DNA of 64,000 nucleotides from a virus: IMG/VR virus record IMGVR_UViG_3300028653_000010; one strand, 5' to 3'. Shown piece by piece: positions 35,834 to 45,594 of this stretch (position 1 is its first letter; each line of letters starts with the position of its first letter). The notes under the pieces were generated by a model. It saw only the letters and a program-made list of their open reading frames with translations, ran no database searches and was not told where the DNA came from. The position numbers and the translations under genes were made by a program.

Positions 35834-37684
35834 TCAGCTATTCTTGGTGAACCCAGCCCCAACAGGGGTCTGGAAGAAGGTTGAAATCAAGATCTCAGGT
35901 TGAATGGAACACTGCTTTAGAGCGTCGAAAGCGCTATCAAAGTTCGGAGCTGCCTCCGTAATCTGGTAGTCTAGGTCCGTTCTAAGAGCCATAAGTTCCA
36001 CATTTAATCGGGCTTGTTTCTCAAAGCCTCGGATCTTGTCGTACTGAGTCTTGGTGACCCCGGCTAAGCTTGAAGCGTAGACCCCATCGATCGATCCGTG
36101 CGTTGTTAGAAGGGACGCCAGGATCTTACGAGGTACTCTTGGGACCCCGGGCAGATTGTCCGATGTGTCACCTGAGAGTGCTCTGAGGTGAACCATCAAC
36201 CGGGGCGGGACCCCATACTCTGACACAACTCTATCGGGGTCGTAAAGGGTCTCAGGTCGACTTCCTTGCTTTGGTACTAAAAGTAAGTCAGTGTATGTAA
36301 CCAACTGTAGGAAGTCACGGTCTGTAGAGATGATTATGTTGTGTTTACCTTTTAGCTTGTTCTTCAGTAAACAAGCGATAATATCGTCTGTTTCCTCGTC
36401 TGGATTATGGACTTGTGAGATGCCAAACATTGGAAGCATAGACTGAAGTCGTGACATCTCATCGTGTGTACCCTGACTATGCTCTGGCCTGCCTGCCTTG
36501 TAGTCTGGATACATGTCAACCCTACGCTGCTTAGAGCCATCCCATACAACATACATATTAGCTCTCTCAAAACGCTTCTTGAGTGCAGCTAAGCTACGCA
36601 AGAACCCAAATACTAGTGCAGTTGATCTGCCCTCACTATCGGTTAGCTGATCAGGGATGTTCCTTAGAGCATTGACAACCCTATAAGCTAGATTATGCCC
36701 GTCGAACACGATGTTGTTAGCCATATCTGGGTTCCAATCTGGTAGTGACCTCTCAAGTTGGTCACAATCACTGTGAATCTGTGAGTATCTAGCTATGAAG
36801 CTGTCGAGTAGGTCTAGTGCAGCTGAAGAGTTGGCTAGTTGTGAGACCTCTGGCAATTGAATCAGAGGTAAGTAGAAGAAAAACCCTGACCTTGATATGA
36901 ATGAGTTCATTTGCTGAACTTGATGAAACTTTTTCAGCAGAGGCTCGCTATCGGATCCCGTGAACATCTCAGGTGCCACTGGGTCTACTAGTAACTTCCT
37001 GGCTCTTCTAAAAGTATCAAGCCACGAGGTGATTCTTAGGTACCTGTCATACTTAGCTTGTAAGGGTTTTTCGGAACTAACCAAATACTTATTCGGAGCC
37101 TTGGCACGATCAATCCACTGCTTAATCCTGAACAACTTAGTTAGGAACGGGGAGTTGTACTGCTGGTCTTCGGTATTAGAGACATACTTCAAAAAGCTCC
37201 GAGGTAGTGTGATCAGCGCCTGCTTCGACCTGAGCTTAACGAATACTTGAACGGAGTTATTCTCAGGGATGTTCTCAATTACCTTGCCAACAATCCCGCT
37301 GTAGGCCCCACTCATGACCAAGACTTCGTCGCCTACCTCAATCCCTTGTTCAGTCTCAATGTGAAGCTGAAGGCGCATCTGTTCGATGGAGCTATCAGGC
37401 ACCGCCGATATCCTACGAATCCGATGATCATACACTGTCAGGATTGAGGTAATATACTTGGAACCCTCCAACTTGAAGTATACGGGGTCAGGTTGTGTAC
37501 GTCTAACGAAGATGTAGTTCTCAATTAACTTGTAAACTGACCTAGAATGCCCGCGTGTGATGGTTGAGGCTGGTACAAATACATCCTTCAAGCTCTTGAT
37601 AGATTTTCCAACAGCTTTTCTGAGGACCTCTGGGTCCTCATCCTCACCTTGAGGGCTTAACTCTAGGACAACCCACTCAGGCAT
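35834..37684 (-). CDS. NusG-like (NGN+KOW) domain fused to a PolI-type 5'-3' exonuclease/flap endonuclease
   Basis: N-terminus W.VL...VFVP...LIENYIFV and KOW EVGDEVLVMSGAYSGIVGKV. C-terminus DGHNLAYR, VVWDG, YKAGR, ETDD, STDRDFLQ, GDTSDNLPGV. Confidence 0.8.
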   Translation of the reverse strand: MPEWVVLELSPQGEDEDPEVLRKAVGKSIKSLKDVFVPASTITRGHSRSVYKLIENYIFVRRTQPDPVYFKLEGSKYITSILTVYDHRIRRISAVPDSSIEQMRLQLHIETEQGIEVGDEVLVMSGAYSGIVGKVIENIPENNSVQVFVKLRSKQALITLPRSFLKYVSNTEDQQYNSPFLTKLFRIKQWIDRAKAPNKYLVSSEKPLQAKYDRYLRITSWLDTFRRARKLLVDPVAPEMFTGSDSEPLLKKFHQVQQMNSFISRSGFFFYLPLIQLPEVSQLANSSAALDLLDSFIARYSQIHSDCDQLERSLPDWNPDMANNIVFDGHNLAYRVVNALRNIPDQLTDSEGRSTALVFGFLRSLAALKKRFERANMYVVWDGSKQRRVDMYPDYKAGRPEHSQGTHDEMSRLQSMLPMFGISQVHNPDEETDDIIACLLKNKLKGKHNIIISTDRDFLQLVTYTDLLLVPKQGSRPETLYDPDRVVSEYGVPPRLMVHLRALSGDTSDNLPGVPRVPRKILASLLTTHGSIDGVYASSLAGVTKTQYDKIRGFEKQARLNVELMALRTDLDYQITEAAPNFDSAFDALKQCSIQPEILISTFFQTPVGAGFTKNS

Positions 37685-39113
37685 TTCCCCCTCTACTCCA
37701 GAGTTCAGCGAACCCTCGGCGCCAAGCTTCGTGACTAATTAAGTCCCTATCGCTTGTACTGGTTTCGTTAGGCGTTAGATTCAGTTTCTTTCTCTTACCA
37801 GGGTTTGCTTCTGGGATGACCTGTGTGTCGTAGATGGTCATTGCCCGAGGATCATCAGAGCCCAAATTACCGATAGGCATATCGCCACTAGGCATTTGCT
37901 TGCTACTTGGGGGCTCCTCAGGTGACTGCTGAGCCTCTACCACTGGTGGTGGGCTCGACGTCTCAGCGGGCTTTGGTGTTGGAGCTAGTGTACTCACCGG
38001 AGCTTGAGTAGCCACGGGGGCAGATACTTGTAGGACTGAACCTTGCGACACAGGCTGAGCTGAGATGAAAGATCCCTTCACCCCAGAGAACGCCAGTGCA
38101 GTTAGATCACAAATCAGTCCAACTTGAGTTACGTACCTGGACCTCAAGAAGTGGCTTGCGATCTTGATCAGCTCAACACCGTAGAGCTTATAGACCTCTA
38201 CAGCCAGTAACTTATCTGTGAAAGAGAAGTCCGCTCCCATCCCGTTTGCTAACCGGAAAGAGTTCATAGCGGCCTCCGAGAGACCCGATACTACCTCCTC
38301 AGCGGTCATTCTCTCACAAGCTTGGTCAACAAGCTGGAGCGCCTTCTTGGTGTCAGAGGTTAAGTTGAGTAGTATGTGGTAATAAGTGGAGATCACAGAC
38401 AGATTGAGGTGCTCTCGAACGTTGTCCAGAGTGACCGGCCCAACCTGAGCGATCATCTCAAGACGACTCACCACGTCACGGACATGACCACCGGCGTAGT
38501 CAATAACCGTTAGGATACCATCGTCATCGAACTCTACCTTCTCTGCTTCTAGGATACGCCTCATCCGAACTAGGATGTCTTCGCGCGTAACCTTTCTAAT
38601 CCCATACTCTTCACATCGAGATCGGATAGCACCACGAACCTTTTCAGGTTCCGTGGTGCAAAACATCCCAATCATCTTGCGCTCTTCCAGCGGCTTGAGT
38701 AGGACGTCCTGAGCATCCTTAGACATCCGATGGCACTCGTCAAAGAGGTAGATTCTCTTTGAAGCCCCCACTACCGAGAAGGGGAGGCTATCTACTATCC
38801 TTCGAATCTGATCAATTCCACCCTGGCTAGCTGCGTCTTGCTCAGAAAAAGCCATTGAGGAGTCGTTCAGGATAGACCTGCAACTCTCGCATTGATTGCA
38901 TGGCTCAGGGTTGTTCTTACCTACGTTCTCACAGAGCATCGCCCTAGCGTAGATGCGAGCCAGAGTCGTCTTTCCCTGACCACTACCACCACTGAAGATG
39001 TAACTAGTGTCCAGCGCGGTCCCATTCCTGAGACGAGCTTTGAGTAGTTGAACGGTTCCCTCTTGACCTAGCACATCTGCAAAGGTCAAAGGCCTATACG
39101 TGGTATCCCACAC
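37677..39113 (-). CDS. dnaX: DNA polymerase III clamp loader gamma/tau
   Basis: YRPLTFADVLGQ, GQGKTT, CNQCESC, DECH, SRC. Confidence 0.9.
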   Translation of the reverse strand: MWDTTYRPLTFADVLGQEGTVQLLKARLRNGTALDTSYIFSGGSGQGKTTLARIYARAMLCENVGKNNPEPCNQCESCRSILNDSSMAFSEQDAASQGGIDQIRRIVDSLPFSVVGASKRIYLFDECHRMSKDAQDVLLKPLEERKMIGMFCTTEPEKVRGAIRSRCEEYGIRKVTREDILVRMRRILEAEKVEFDDDGILTVIDYAGGHVRDVVSRLEMIAQVGPVTLDNVREHLNLSVISTYYHILLNLTSDTKKALQLVDQACERMTAEEVVSGLSEAAMNSFRLANGMGADFSFTDKLLAVEVYKLYGVELIKIASHFLRSRYVTQVGLICDLTALAFSGVKGSFISAQPVSQGSVLQVSAPVATQAPVSTLAPTPKPAETSSPPPVVEAQQSPEEPPSSKQMPSGDMPIGNLGSDDPRAMTIYDTQVIPEANPGKRKKLNLTPNETSTSDRDLISHEAWRRGFAELWSRGGNA

Positions 39114-39125
39114 TTTTTATGACCT

Positions 39126-39620
39126 TTATTCGTTGGCAGCCGTTTGAAGCTCGTTATCCTCTTCACTCTCGGCAGTCATGAAACTGAGGTCAAGCGATTG
39201 AGCTACAATTGCAAAGTTGGATAAGTCCTCGGTCCAAGCGCCATGCCGTCGAAGGATAGAACTGAACTCGTAGACATCGGGCTCCCGTGTCTTCCACTTC
39301 ATTGCAGCCGTCTGCTCATCCTCTTCACCGGTGCAACACTCGAGTAAGTGATCGACTAGCGCGGTTCGGCGAGCTGCATCCAACTCATTCCAAACATCGA
39401 GGGGTATCTCCATCAAAAAATCTGGTTCACCAGCGACGAGGAACTTCTGCAGGTCGCTCATCTTCTTAACCGTACCAAGAACGGGCTTTCCACCCTTCTT
39501 GCTGCACTTCTCCTTGAATATGTACCTGAAGCTGGCTTCGGCTAACTCTGGATGATGTGTACCAATTAAGCTCTCAGCGATAGTTTGAACCGCCTGAGCT
39601 TCTTCGTAGGTTTGAGGCAT
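39126..39620 (-). CDS. Putative phage metallopeptidase-like protein (degenerate zinc motif)
   Basis: ALVDHLLECC...PDVYEFSSILRRHG resembles the phage family with LxDHELxH...HDxEEF..ivrRyG. Confidence 0.6.
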   Translation of the reverse strand: MPQTYEEAQAVQTIAESLIGTHHPELAEASFRYIFKEKCSKKGGKPVLGTVKKMSDLQKFLVAGEPDFLMEIPLDVWNELDAARRTALVDHLLECCTGEEDEQTAAMKWKTREPDVYEFSSILRRHGAWTEDLSNFAIVAQSLDLSFMTAESEEDNELQTAANE

Positions 39621-39622
39621 AG

Positions 39623-40321
39623 CTACTCCCTAATCTGATTCATGATGTAGGACTTGAATGGGTCGTCACCCCAAGCTTCCCAAAGGTTTGCCGGATCCTT
39701 TACTGGCTTACCACTTAGGGTGACACCGCGCGGGTAGTCTAGAATCTGAAGGTGACTGAAGTCCGAGCGATACTCATTGTTGAATTCTCTGCAAGCAGAT
39801 CTTCCAGTTGAGTCTGCATCGTAGAACATGTACACCTTATGCACAAGCCGAAACAACCACCTCAGTAGTTGTTCAGTAACCTTAGCTGTGATTGTGCTAA
39901 CCGTGTATGGAAGTACCCTCTGGGTAGGAAATAAATCGAAAGCACCTTCCACAATGCATATAGATCCAGTAGTCCAGATATGAGGGATAGCCTGACCCAA
40001 CCCAAAGAGTACCAACTCATCACGTACCAAGAAGTAGTCTAGATACCCCTTGTTCGACTGATCAACAGATCTGAATTGGAACCCAGTCACCGTCCCGAGA
40101 GCGTTGGTCAACGGAAGGACATAGGAGTCCTTCAGCTTCTCTCCCCGGTGCGCCCACTGACTGAACTCAGGATCGACTCCAGCGGGCAGTACCCCATTCA
40201 GATACCCAAGCTTGAACCCCACTATCTGCTCTGGAGACACCCCACGCCCATACAAGGCATCCTTGACCCTGTCGTCCAAGTTACCTTGCGCGCACTCAAC
40301 TAGATCATCAGCCCAATTCAT
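39623..40321 (-). CDS. dnaG: DnaG-like primase catalytic/TOPRIM domain lacking zinc-binding domain
   Basis: GRG, FKLGY, GFQFR, IVEGAFD, FYDADSTG, KDP. Confidence 0.75.
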   Translation of the reverse strand: MNWADDLVECAQGNLDDRVKDALYGRGVSPEQIVGFKLGYLNGVLPAGVDPEFSQWAHRGEKLKDSYVLPLTNALGTVTGFQFRSVDQSNKGYLDYFLVRDELVLFGLGQAIPHIWTTGSICIVEGAFDLFPTQRVLPYTVSTITAKVTEQLLRWLFRLVHKVYMFYDADSTGRSACREFNNEYRSDFSHLQILDYPRGVTLSGKPVKDPANLWEAWGDDPFKSYIMNQIRE

Positions 40322-40889
40322 GAGACTCGATTACCGCCAAAGTCTTGTCTACATTGTATAGTTGAAGACCGATGTAGTCTCCCACCCTTGTATAGACACC
40401 TAAGGCTGGTGCATCGGCCACAAGAATTGCACATTTAGCTGGCAGGTCAGTTGACAAGAGTTGAATCCCCTCAACATTGCCGTGTTGCACACCGTTTTCA
40501 TCGGTGAAACGACTGACCACGCCCTTAGGTAGAACTAGGTTCTTCGGCTTGAATCGAGATGCCTGCATGGATTCAACAGCCTCCCCGACTGATCCAAAGC
40601 GATTTGCCCAACTACTTTGGATAGACAGACTCACAACCTGTCGAATTAGGTCTCCCAGGAGCGCTGGCTCCTCCTCCAAGGTGCAAAAGGAGAATCCGAA
40701 GCGAGCCATACCCTCTCTGTTCTTGCGCGTAACCTTGAACTCCCTACGGGCATTAGTCACAAGGATCGGGTCCAGACCATCAGCCACACCCCTCTCAGAG
40801 AGGGCTGGTACCGAGAACCCAGCTCCAGAGTCAGCTCGCGGGCGAAGACGTTCGGCTACGAGTATGTAGGAGAAGATCGAAAAGCTCAT
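40308..40889 (-). CDS. Hypothetical protein
   Basis: 193 aa, overlap-coupled. Confidence 0.55.
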   Translation of the reverse strand: MSFSIFSYILVAERLRPRADSGAGFSVPALSERGVADGLDPILVTNARREFKVTRKNREGMARFGFSFCTLEEEPALLGDLIRQVVSLSIQSSWANRFGSVGEAVESMQASRFKPKNLVLPKGVVSRFTDENGVQHGNVEGIQLLSTDLPAKCAILVADAPALGVYTRVGDYIGLQLYNVDKTLAVIESHELG

Positions 40890-41428
40890 GAGTCAATCGG
40901 GGGCGGTAGCAGCTTCGAGGTATCGATCTTTGGGATTACCGGTTCCAACCGAACCCTGCAGAACCAGAACCAAACCAACTTCCACCACGGGAACTTGATC
41001 TCTTGAACCGCCCCGAGAACCCATAACAGTGAGAACAGCTCCGGGAGGTTCTCCTCAACCCAAGAGGTGCTCTTCAAGTCCTGGGACAGTTCAGGAAGGA
41101 TGTCTGCCTTGCCCCGAGCCGCCTTGAAGTCCTTGCACTTCTTGGCATCAATGGGCTCCTCGCAGATTGTCCCCTCCCAATTCTCGGGGTCACTGCAACC
41201 TAGCATGCAGAAACCAATAGTCTGGATCACCGGCAACCCGAGCTTGTCAGTAATTCGGTTATACTCAGGGTTGGATTCCCCCTCAAGCTTCTTCCGAGTA
41301 TCGAGAGGATGCCGGTAGTTGTTGACACATCTGGTTGGTAGCCTTTCTGAGGCCATGGCCACCCTACGGTCAAGTTCTGCACAAACCAACTCCCTGACTC
41401 TCGTCTCTACCTCAGACTTGGTTTTCAT
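40886..41428 (-). CDS. Hypothetical Cys-containing protein
   Basis: 180 aa, overlap-coupled. Confidence 0.55.
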   Translation of the reverse strand: MKTKSEVETRVRELVCAELDRRVAMASERLPTRCVNNYRHPLDTRKKLEGESNPEYNRITDKLGLPVIQTIGFCMLGCSDPENWEGTICEEPIDAKKCKDFKAARGKADILPELSQDLKSTSWVEENLPELFSLLWVLGAVQEIKFPWWKLVWFWFCRVRLEPVIPKIDTSKLLPPPIDS

Positions 41429-42119
41429 GTTTGGAACCCTTAGCGCGCCGTAGTGTCAAGTGCTTCCTACCCCCATCGATTTTGATATCAGCATGGTAAG
41501 ATGTAGGAGCGTAATCGACATAGGATTGATGTTGAGTAACCAAAAATATGTCCAGACCCATAGTCTCAGCTAGGCCCTTGAGGAATAAGCTGGTGTTCTC
41601 CACGTAGAGGTCTGACACCGCGGAGAGAGTCTCATCAAGCAGAAGGAACTTTCGGCGCTTCAATCGAAGGATTGTCAGTATCCTCAGAACTAGGCTTGCG
41701 ATAGTTGCAGGGCCTCCACCATAGGACTCCAGCGGACTGCCTCGAGTCCCACCATTGTCTGGGTCACCGTCACGAATGAAGAACTCTGCACTAACCCGAT
41801 TGTACTTCGTGGATAGCTCGGTCTCGAACCGAAGATCCTGGTCGTAGAATATAGTCTGAAATCCGTGGGTGATTACCTCGTCAATGGTCTTGACCTGGCC
41901 CTTCACCATACGATCCAATAGAATCAGGTATAACTCTGAGACCTTTGCAAGGATAGCTAAGCGAGAGGAGAGGGTCTCTAGCTCCCTCTCCTTCTCACCT
42001 AGCTCCAAGTTCAACTGGTCTCTCAGAGTCTTGACCCTCGTCGCCTGAAGCCGGAGGGTATTTACTCGCTGCTTCCTCCCTACTTCGTCAGAGAGGACAT
42101 GAACCTCGTTATTCGACAC
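41412..42119 (-). CDS. SbcC/Rad50-like ABC ATPase, C-terminal half
   Basis: Coiled coil, then signature-like SYGGG, Walker B LLLDE, D-loop SAVS and H-loop VTQH. Confidence 0.8.
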   Translation of the reverse strand: MSNNEVHVLSDEVGRKQRVNTLRLQATRVKTLRDQLNLELGEKERELETLSSRLAILAKVSELYLILLDRMVKGQVKTIDEVITHGFQTIFYDQDLRFETELSTKYNRVSAEFFIRDGDPDNGGTRGSPLESYGGGPATIASLVLRILTILRLKRRKFLLLDETLSAVSDLYVENTSLFLKGLAETMGLDIFLVTQHQSYVDYAPTSYHADIKIDGGRKHLTLRRAKGSKHENQV

Positions 42120-43342
42120 GGAATAGAGTCCTCTTGGGATGTAGTGACCTTGCCATCTGCAGAACTCAGGAAGAATTCGTCAATGGTCCTGAACAGATTG
42201 AGCGCTTTCGTCCCCGCCTTGGGCTTCCCGATGTACCCGCGAAAGGTGACATCATAGCCCTTCATATTCTGAATTAGCTCGGTGAGCTGCCTAATACTCA
42301 CAGAGGCGGAGAAAGAGTCAGCCGTGGAAGCCGTAGTACCCTCTTCAGTATCGACAACAGGAGTAGCCTCAATCTTGATTGACTTGGACTTCGAGGTGGT
42401 GACATTGAACCAAATCTTGCTGGTCTTCGCGTCGTAGTTGAATACGATGCTGTCATCCTTTTCCTTCAAGGCTCCTTTGGATGACTCCAAAGCATGTAGG
42501 AAACGGGCCTTGTTAACCCGAACCACCAATGAGTCCATCTTGAGGTTGTGGTGGATGAACTTGTCGTGCAGGTCCCCAATCTTGCTCCAACCAAAGACGT
42601 CCCCTTTGGAACTGACTGCAAAGGTAAGGTTACCATTGATCTTGATGGCAACCACACTACCACTGTCGCACTTACTAAGGAAACTCAAGAATGCTGGTAT
42701 GTGCGTAGCATGAATAGCCAATCTCTTACCAACAAAGTGGTCGCTCTTGAAGTAGTAGGCTATGTACCGATCAGTAGCGTACAGGTAGCCGTCCCCTTTC
42801 TCAAGCCGAGTCTTGTCGATAACCTCGACACCTCGGAACGCTTCGGACACACTCTGGTCAATCTTATCGGCCATGAAAACCCGAGCAAGGCTGATTGCCT
42901 CCTTCAAGATCGACGGGTTGTACTCATAGGTCTCAGTAGCAGCCGCTAGGTCATCATCGTACCGGGAGATGCTATCAGGGGCGTAGCTACCGAACTCAGC
43001 CTCAGCCCCATCCGGGCTTGTCATATACTTGACCAGGTGGCGACCATCCTCATCTGAAGAGGCTTCGATGATACAAGTCTCTTCCTCCTTGGCTAGTGGA
43101 CGCAATGAGTTACTCAGATTAACTGCTGGGAATACAAAAGCCCCGTCACCACTCGAATCAATCAAGTCGAACTTGGCCCTAGCAACACAATTATCTCCAC
43201 TGGAGTACAAGTAGCACTCCTTGCCGCTCACAACGAAAAGGTACCCTGCGGCTTCGTTAGTAGTCTGGTGCGGAACTACAGCCGACACTATGTCAAGGGC
43301 CTCAATGATATCGGCCAAGTTGAAATTGATTTGAATCTTCAT
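42080..43342 (-). CDS. dnaN: DNA polymerase III beta sliding clamp (divergent)
   Basis: 420 aa. Three-domain pattern with ALDIVSAVV, FRGV...YATDRY and VNKARFLHAL. Clamp-loader genes nearby. Confidence 0.65.
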   Translation of the reverse strand: MKIQINFNLADIIEALDIVSAVVPHQTTNEAAGYLFVVSGKECYLYSSGDNCVARAKFDLIDSSGDGAFVFPAVNLSNSLRPLAKEEETCIIEASSDEDGRHLVKYMTSPDGAEAEFGSYAPDSISRYDDDLAAATETYEYNPSILKEAISLARVFMADKIDQSVSEAFRGVEVIDKTRLEKGDGYLYATDRYIAYYFKSDHFVGKRLAIHATHIPAFLSFLSKCDSGSVVAIKINGNLTFAVSSKGDVFGWSKIGDLHDKFIHHNLKMDSLVVRVNKARFLHALESSKGALKEKDDSIVFNYDAKTSKIWFNVTTSKSKSIKIEATPVVDTEEGTTASTADSFSASVSIRQLTELIQNMKGYDVTFRGYIGKPKAGTKALNLFRTIDEFFLSSADGKVTTSQEDSIPCRITRFMSSLTK

Positions 43343-43350
43343 TTAGCTCC

Positions 43351-43635
43351 TCATTTCCTGTCATACTCTGCGAAAGTACCTTCTACCTCAGTCAGTTGTC
43401 TGTCGTAATCTTCGAGCATATCCTCAAGATCCTTTTGGGTCTTGTTCCGCTCCTCAACAAGAGTCTTGGGGTTATACCCAGCCGCATCAATCTCTCGTAC
43501 TAGGGAGGCAAGTTCTTCCTTCTTCGACTTTAACTCCCCAGATAATTCTGACTTGCGACGTAGTATTCTAGTGTGGCGCTGAAGGATACCGGCCACCTTC
43601 TCTTGTAGTTTATCTGGTGTCAAAAGCTGAGACAT
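43351..43635 (-). CDS. Short coiled-coil protein
   Basis: Likely start MSQLL (GAGG RBS); entirely heptad-like. Confidence 0.6.
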   Translation of the reverse strand: MSQLLTPDKLQEKVAGILQRHTRILRRKSELSGELKSKKEELASLVREIDAAGYNPKTLVEERNKTQKDLEDMLEDYDRQLTEVEGTFAEYDRK

Positions 43636-43657
43636 CAAACCACCTCTCCATGAAGCT

Positions 43658-44623
43658 TCAGTCGTCAATACCGAGGGCAAGTTCTGTTACACCTTCTGGC
43701 AGGTTTAGTCTGGGGCGTGGGCGAGATTTCTGTACTTGTTTCTTACCGTCCTCACACACCGATGCAAATGCACACAAGTTACAACCATAACTGGGTTGTG
43801 ATGGGAAAAGCTCCTGTCTTAGGTCATTATATGCTTGAGACCCTTTTCCAGCCTTGTCTAAACGATCAGTTGCAACGTCAATGCGAGTTAGTACAGACAG
43901 AACCTCAACCCTCAGTTGATACAAGTCTTGTTCGGAGAATTCTACCCACTCAATAGCCTTATCGCCCTCGAATCTCCAGAAAATGTAGCCGATACCACCA
44001 GGTATACTGCTGAACTTAGCCTTGTATAGCAGGGCGTACCACTTCAATTGGGTCCCTTCGATCTTCTGTCCTTTGGCTAACCTGTGACCATCGACATAGG
44101 TCTCACGGTGCTTGGAGCCCTTGCCATCAAGAATCACAAGGTCATTGAATGGCTTCACCCGTTGAATGATGAAGTCGGCGCGGCCCCCAATGATGTACTT
44201 GCCGAACTTGAAGTCGAGTTTGAACTCAGTATCCATGCGAGGACCGACGAAACGGTTCTCTCGGATGGTCTGAACTCCAATAGGGATCGTCGCTTCGAGA
44301 TCTGCAATGATCTCCTCCTTACTATGATAGTTGGCTTTCTCATCAAACCAATCTACGTCTCGCCCCTTCTCCATAGACTCGTTGATGGCTGCATCAAGGT
44401 GCACGGGGGCGATCTCCAACAAGCGCCGCAGAAGGTCCTTGTCCTTCCAAATCTTTTGCTTGTAGAAGGCCTCGAAAACGGTACCAATGGTGGTACCGTA
44501 CAGTGAATTTACACTGTTTTCCTGTACCTTGAGCTTGTACTTGACCACATACTTGAACCAATAGGCATACGGACACTTCTCGTATTCCTTGTACCCAGAG
44601 TATGAGATGTAGTTGACGCTCAT
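43658..44623 (-). CDS. PD-(D/E)XK RecB/Cas4-like exonuclease
   Basis: ISYS...CPY, GRADFI, ILDGK, QL.WYA, and C-terminal CNLCAFASVC (four-Cys Fe-S-like set). Confidence 0.85.
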   Translation of the reverse strand: MSVNYISYSGYKEYEKCPYAYWFKYVVKYKLKVQENSVNSLYGTTIGTVFEAFYKQKIWKDKDLLRRLLEIAPVHLDAAINESMEKGRDVDWFDEKANYHSKEEIIADLEATIPIGVQTIRENRFVGPRMDTEFKLDFKFGKYIIGGRADFIIQRVKPFNDLVILDGKGSKHRETYVDGHRLAKGQKIEGTQLKWYALLYKAKFSSIPGGIGYIFWRFEGDKAIEWVEFSEQDLYQLRVEVLSVLTRIDVATDRLDKAGKGSQAYNDLRQELFPSQPSYGCNLCAFASVCEDGKKQVQKSRPRPRLNLPEGVTELALGIDD

Positions 44624-45594
44624 CCTACTTCAGCCATTTCTAGATACTTGAGTGCCTCAGATCGAACGTCATCAGCGAAGTCGAGAGACTTGATGTTGTC
44701 CTCGATAGTCTGATCTGGGTCAACTTCTCCCTCAGACACCAAACGCTGAACGAACTGGTCAATGTCTTGGCGCTCACGTTCTTGGACCGCCTTCTTCTCC
44801 AAGTCGAAGACATCCTCAGCGGGAGCAACCGCTAGCTTGTAGGTTTCGACTCGCAACCCACTACCATCAAACTCAACGAGTGCAACCTTCGGAGTACGTT
44901 CAAGGTTCTCCCTCACCAGTGACCCGCGAGATAGTGCACCTTGATTGACAAAGTACTTACCACCTACAACCTCAACACCTTGATCCTTATGCCAATGCCC
45001 AAACATGAAAACATCAGGGCCATTACGACTCACAAGTGATTCATAGGAGAACACGGGTTCGTTCCAGAAATCCTCAACAGAAGCCGGCGGACTCAATGAA
45101 GCTAAAGTGTGAACAACTGCTATTAAGTGAGTATCACCCTTCTTCTTTTGAATACTCATCAACTCATTGAGAGTCAGGTTGGGGTTGTAGGGGACGCCAA
45201 CCACACGCACTCGAAGATCCCCATCCTCAAAAACTCTCTCGTCAAGTTGCTCGAAGACCTTACTAGCATAGAGGGTGCCTAGAGGCTGCCTATCAAGGGT
45301 CTCCAGGTTGTTGTAGCGGATATCGTGGTTTCCTGGCACCATCAGAATAGGACATGGGTAACCAGCATGAATCAAGGCTGTCTTCTGAACCAAGTAATGC
45401 GAGTTACGGGTAGGGGCCTTGTTGTGGAAGTAGTCGCCCCCATCGAGCACTGCATTAACCTCAAAGTTCTTGGCTAGCTCCCCTACCTGAGTTAAGCTAT
45501 CCCAGATTTCTTCCGTGTAGTCCGCCTTCCAAGAGGCTGGACTATTGTCGGACAAGTGAGTGTCAGTCCTGAAAAGGAATGATAGTTTAGGCAT
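44620..45594 (-). CDS. sbcD: SbcD/Mre11-like metallophosphoesterase nuclease
   Basis: DTH, GGDYFH, GNHD, GHWH, NQGAL.R. Confidence 0.85.
   Translation of the reverse strand: MPKLSFLFRTDTHLSDNSPASWKADYTEEIWDSLTQVGELAKNFEVNAVLDGGDYFHNKAPTRNSHYLVQKTALIHAGYPCPILMVPGNHDIRYNNLETLDRQPLGTLYASKVFEQLDERVFEDGDLRVRVVGVPYNPNLTLNELMSIQKKKGDTHLIAVVHTLASLSPPASVEDFWNEPVFSYESLVSRNGPDVFMFGHWHKDQGVEVVGGKYFVNQGALSRGSLVRENLERTPKVALVEFDGSGLRVETYKLAVAPAEDVFDLEKKAVQERERQDIDQFVQRLVSEGEVDPDQTIEDNIKSLDFADDVRSEALKYLEMAEVG

Noticed and set aside
43658-44623. Cas4-like nuclease as a sign of CRISPR-Cas
   Set aside because: No repeat-spacer array or other cas genes seen; its context is a recombination cluster.
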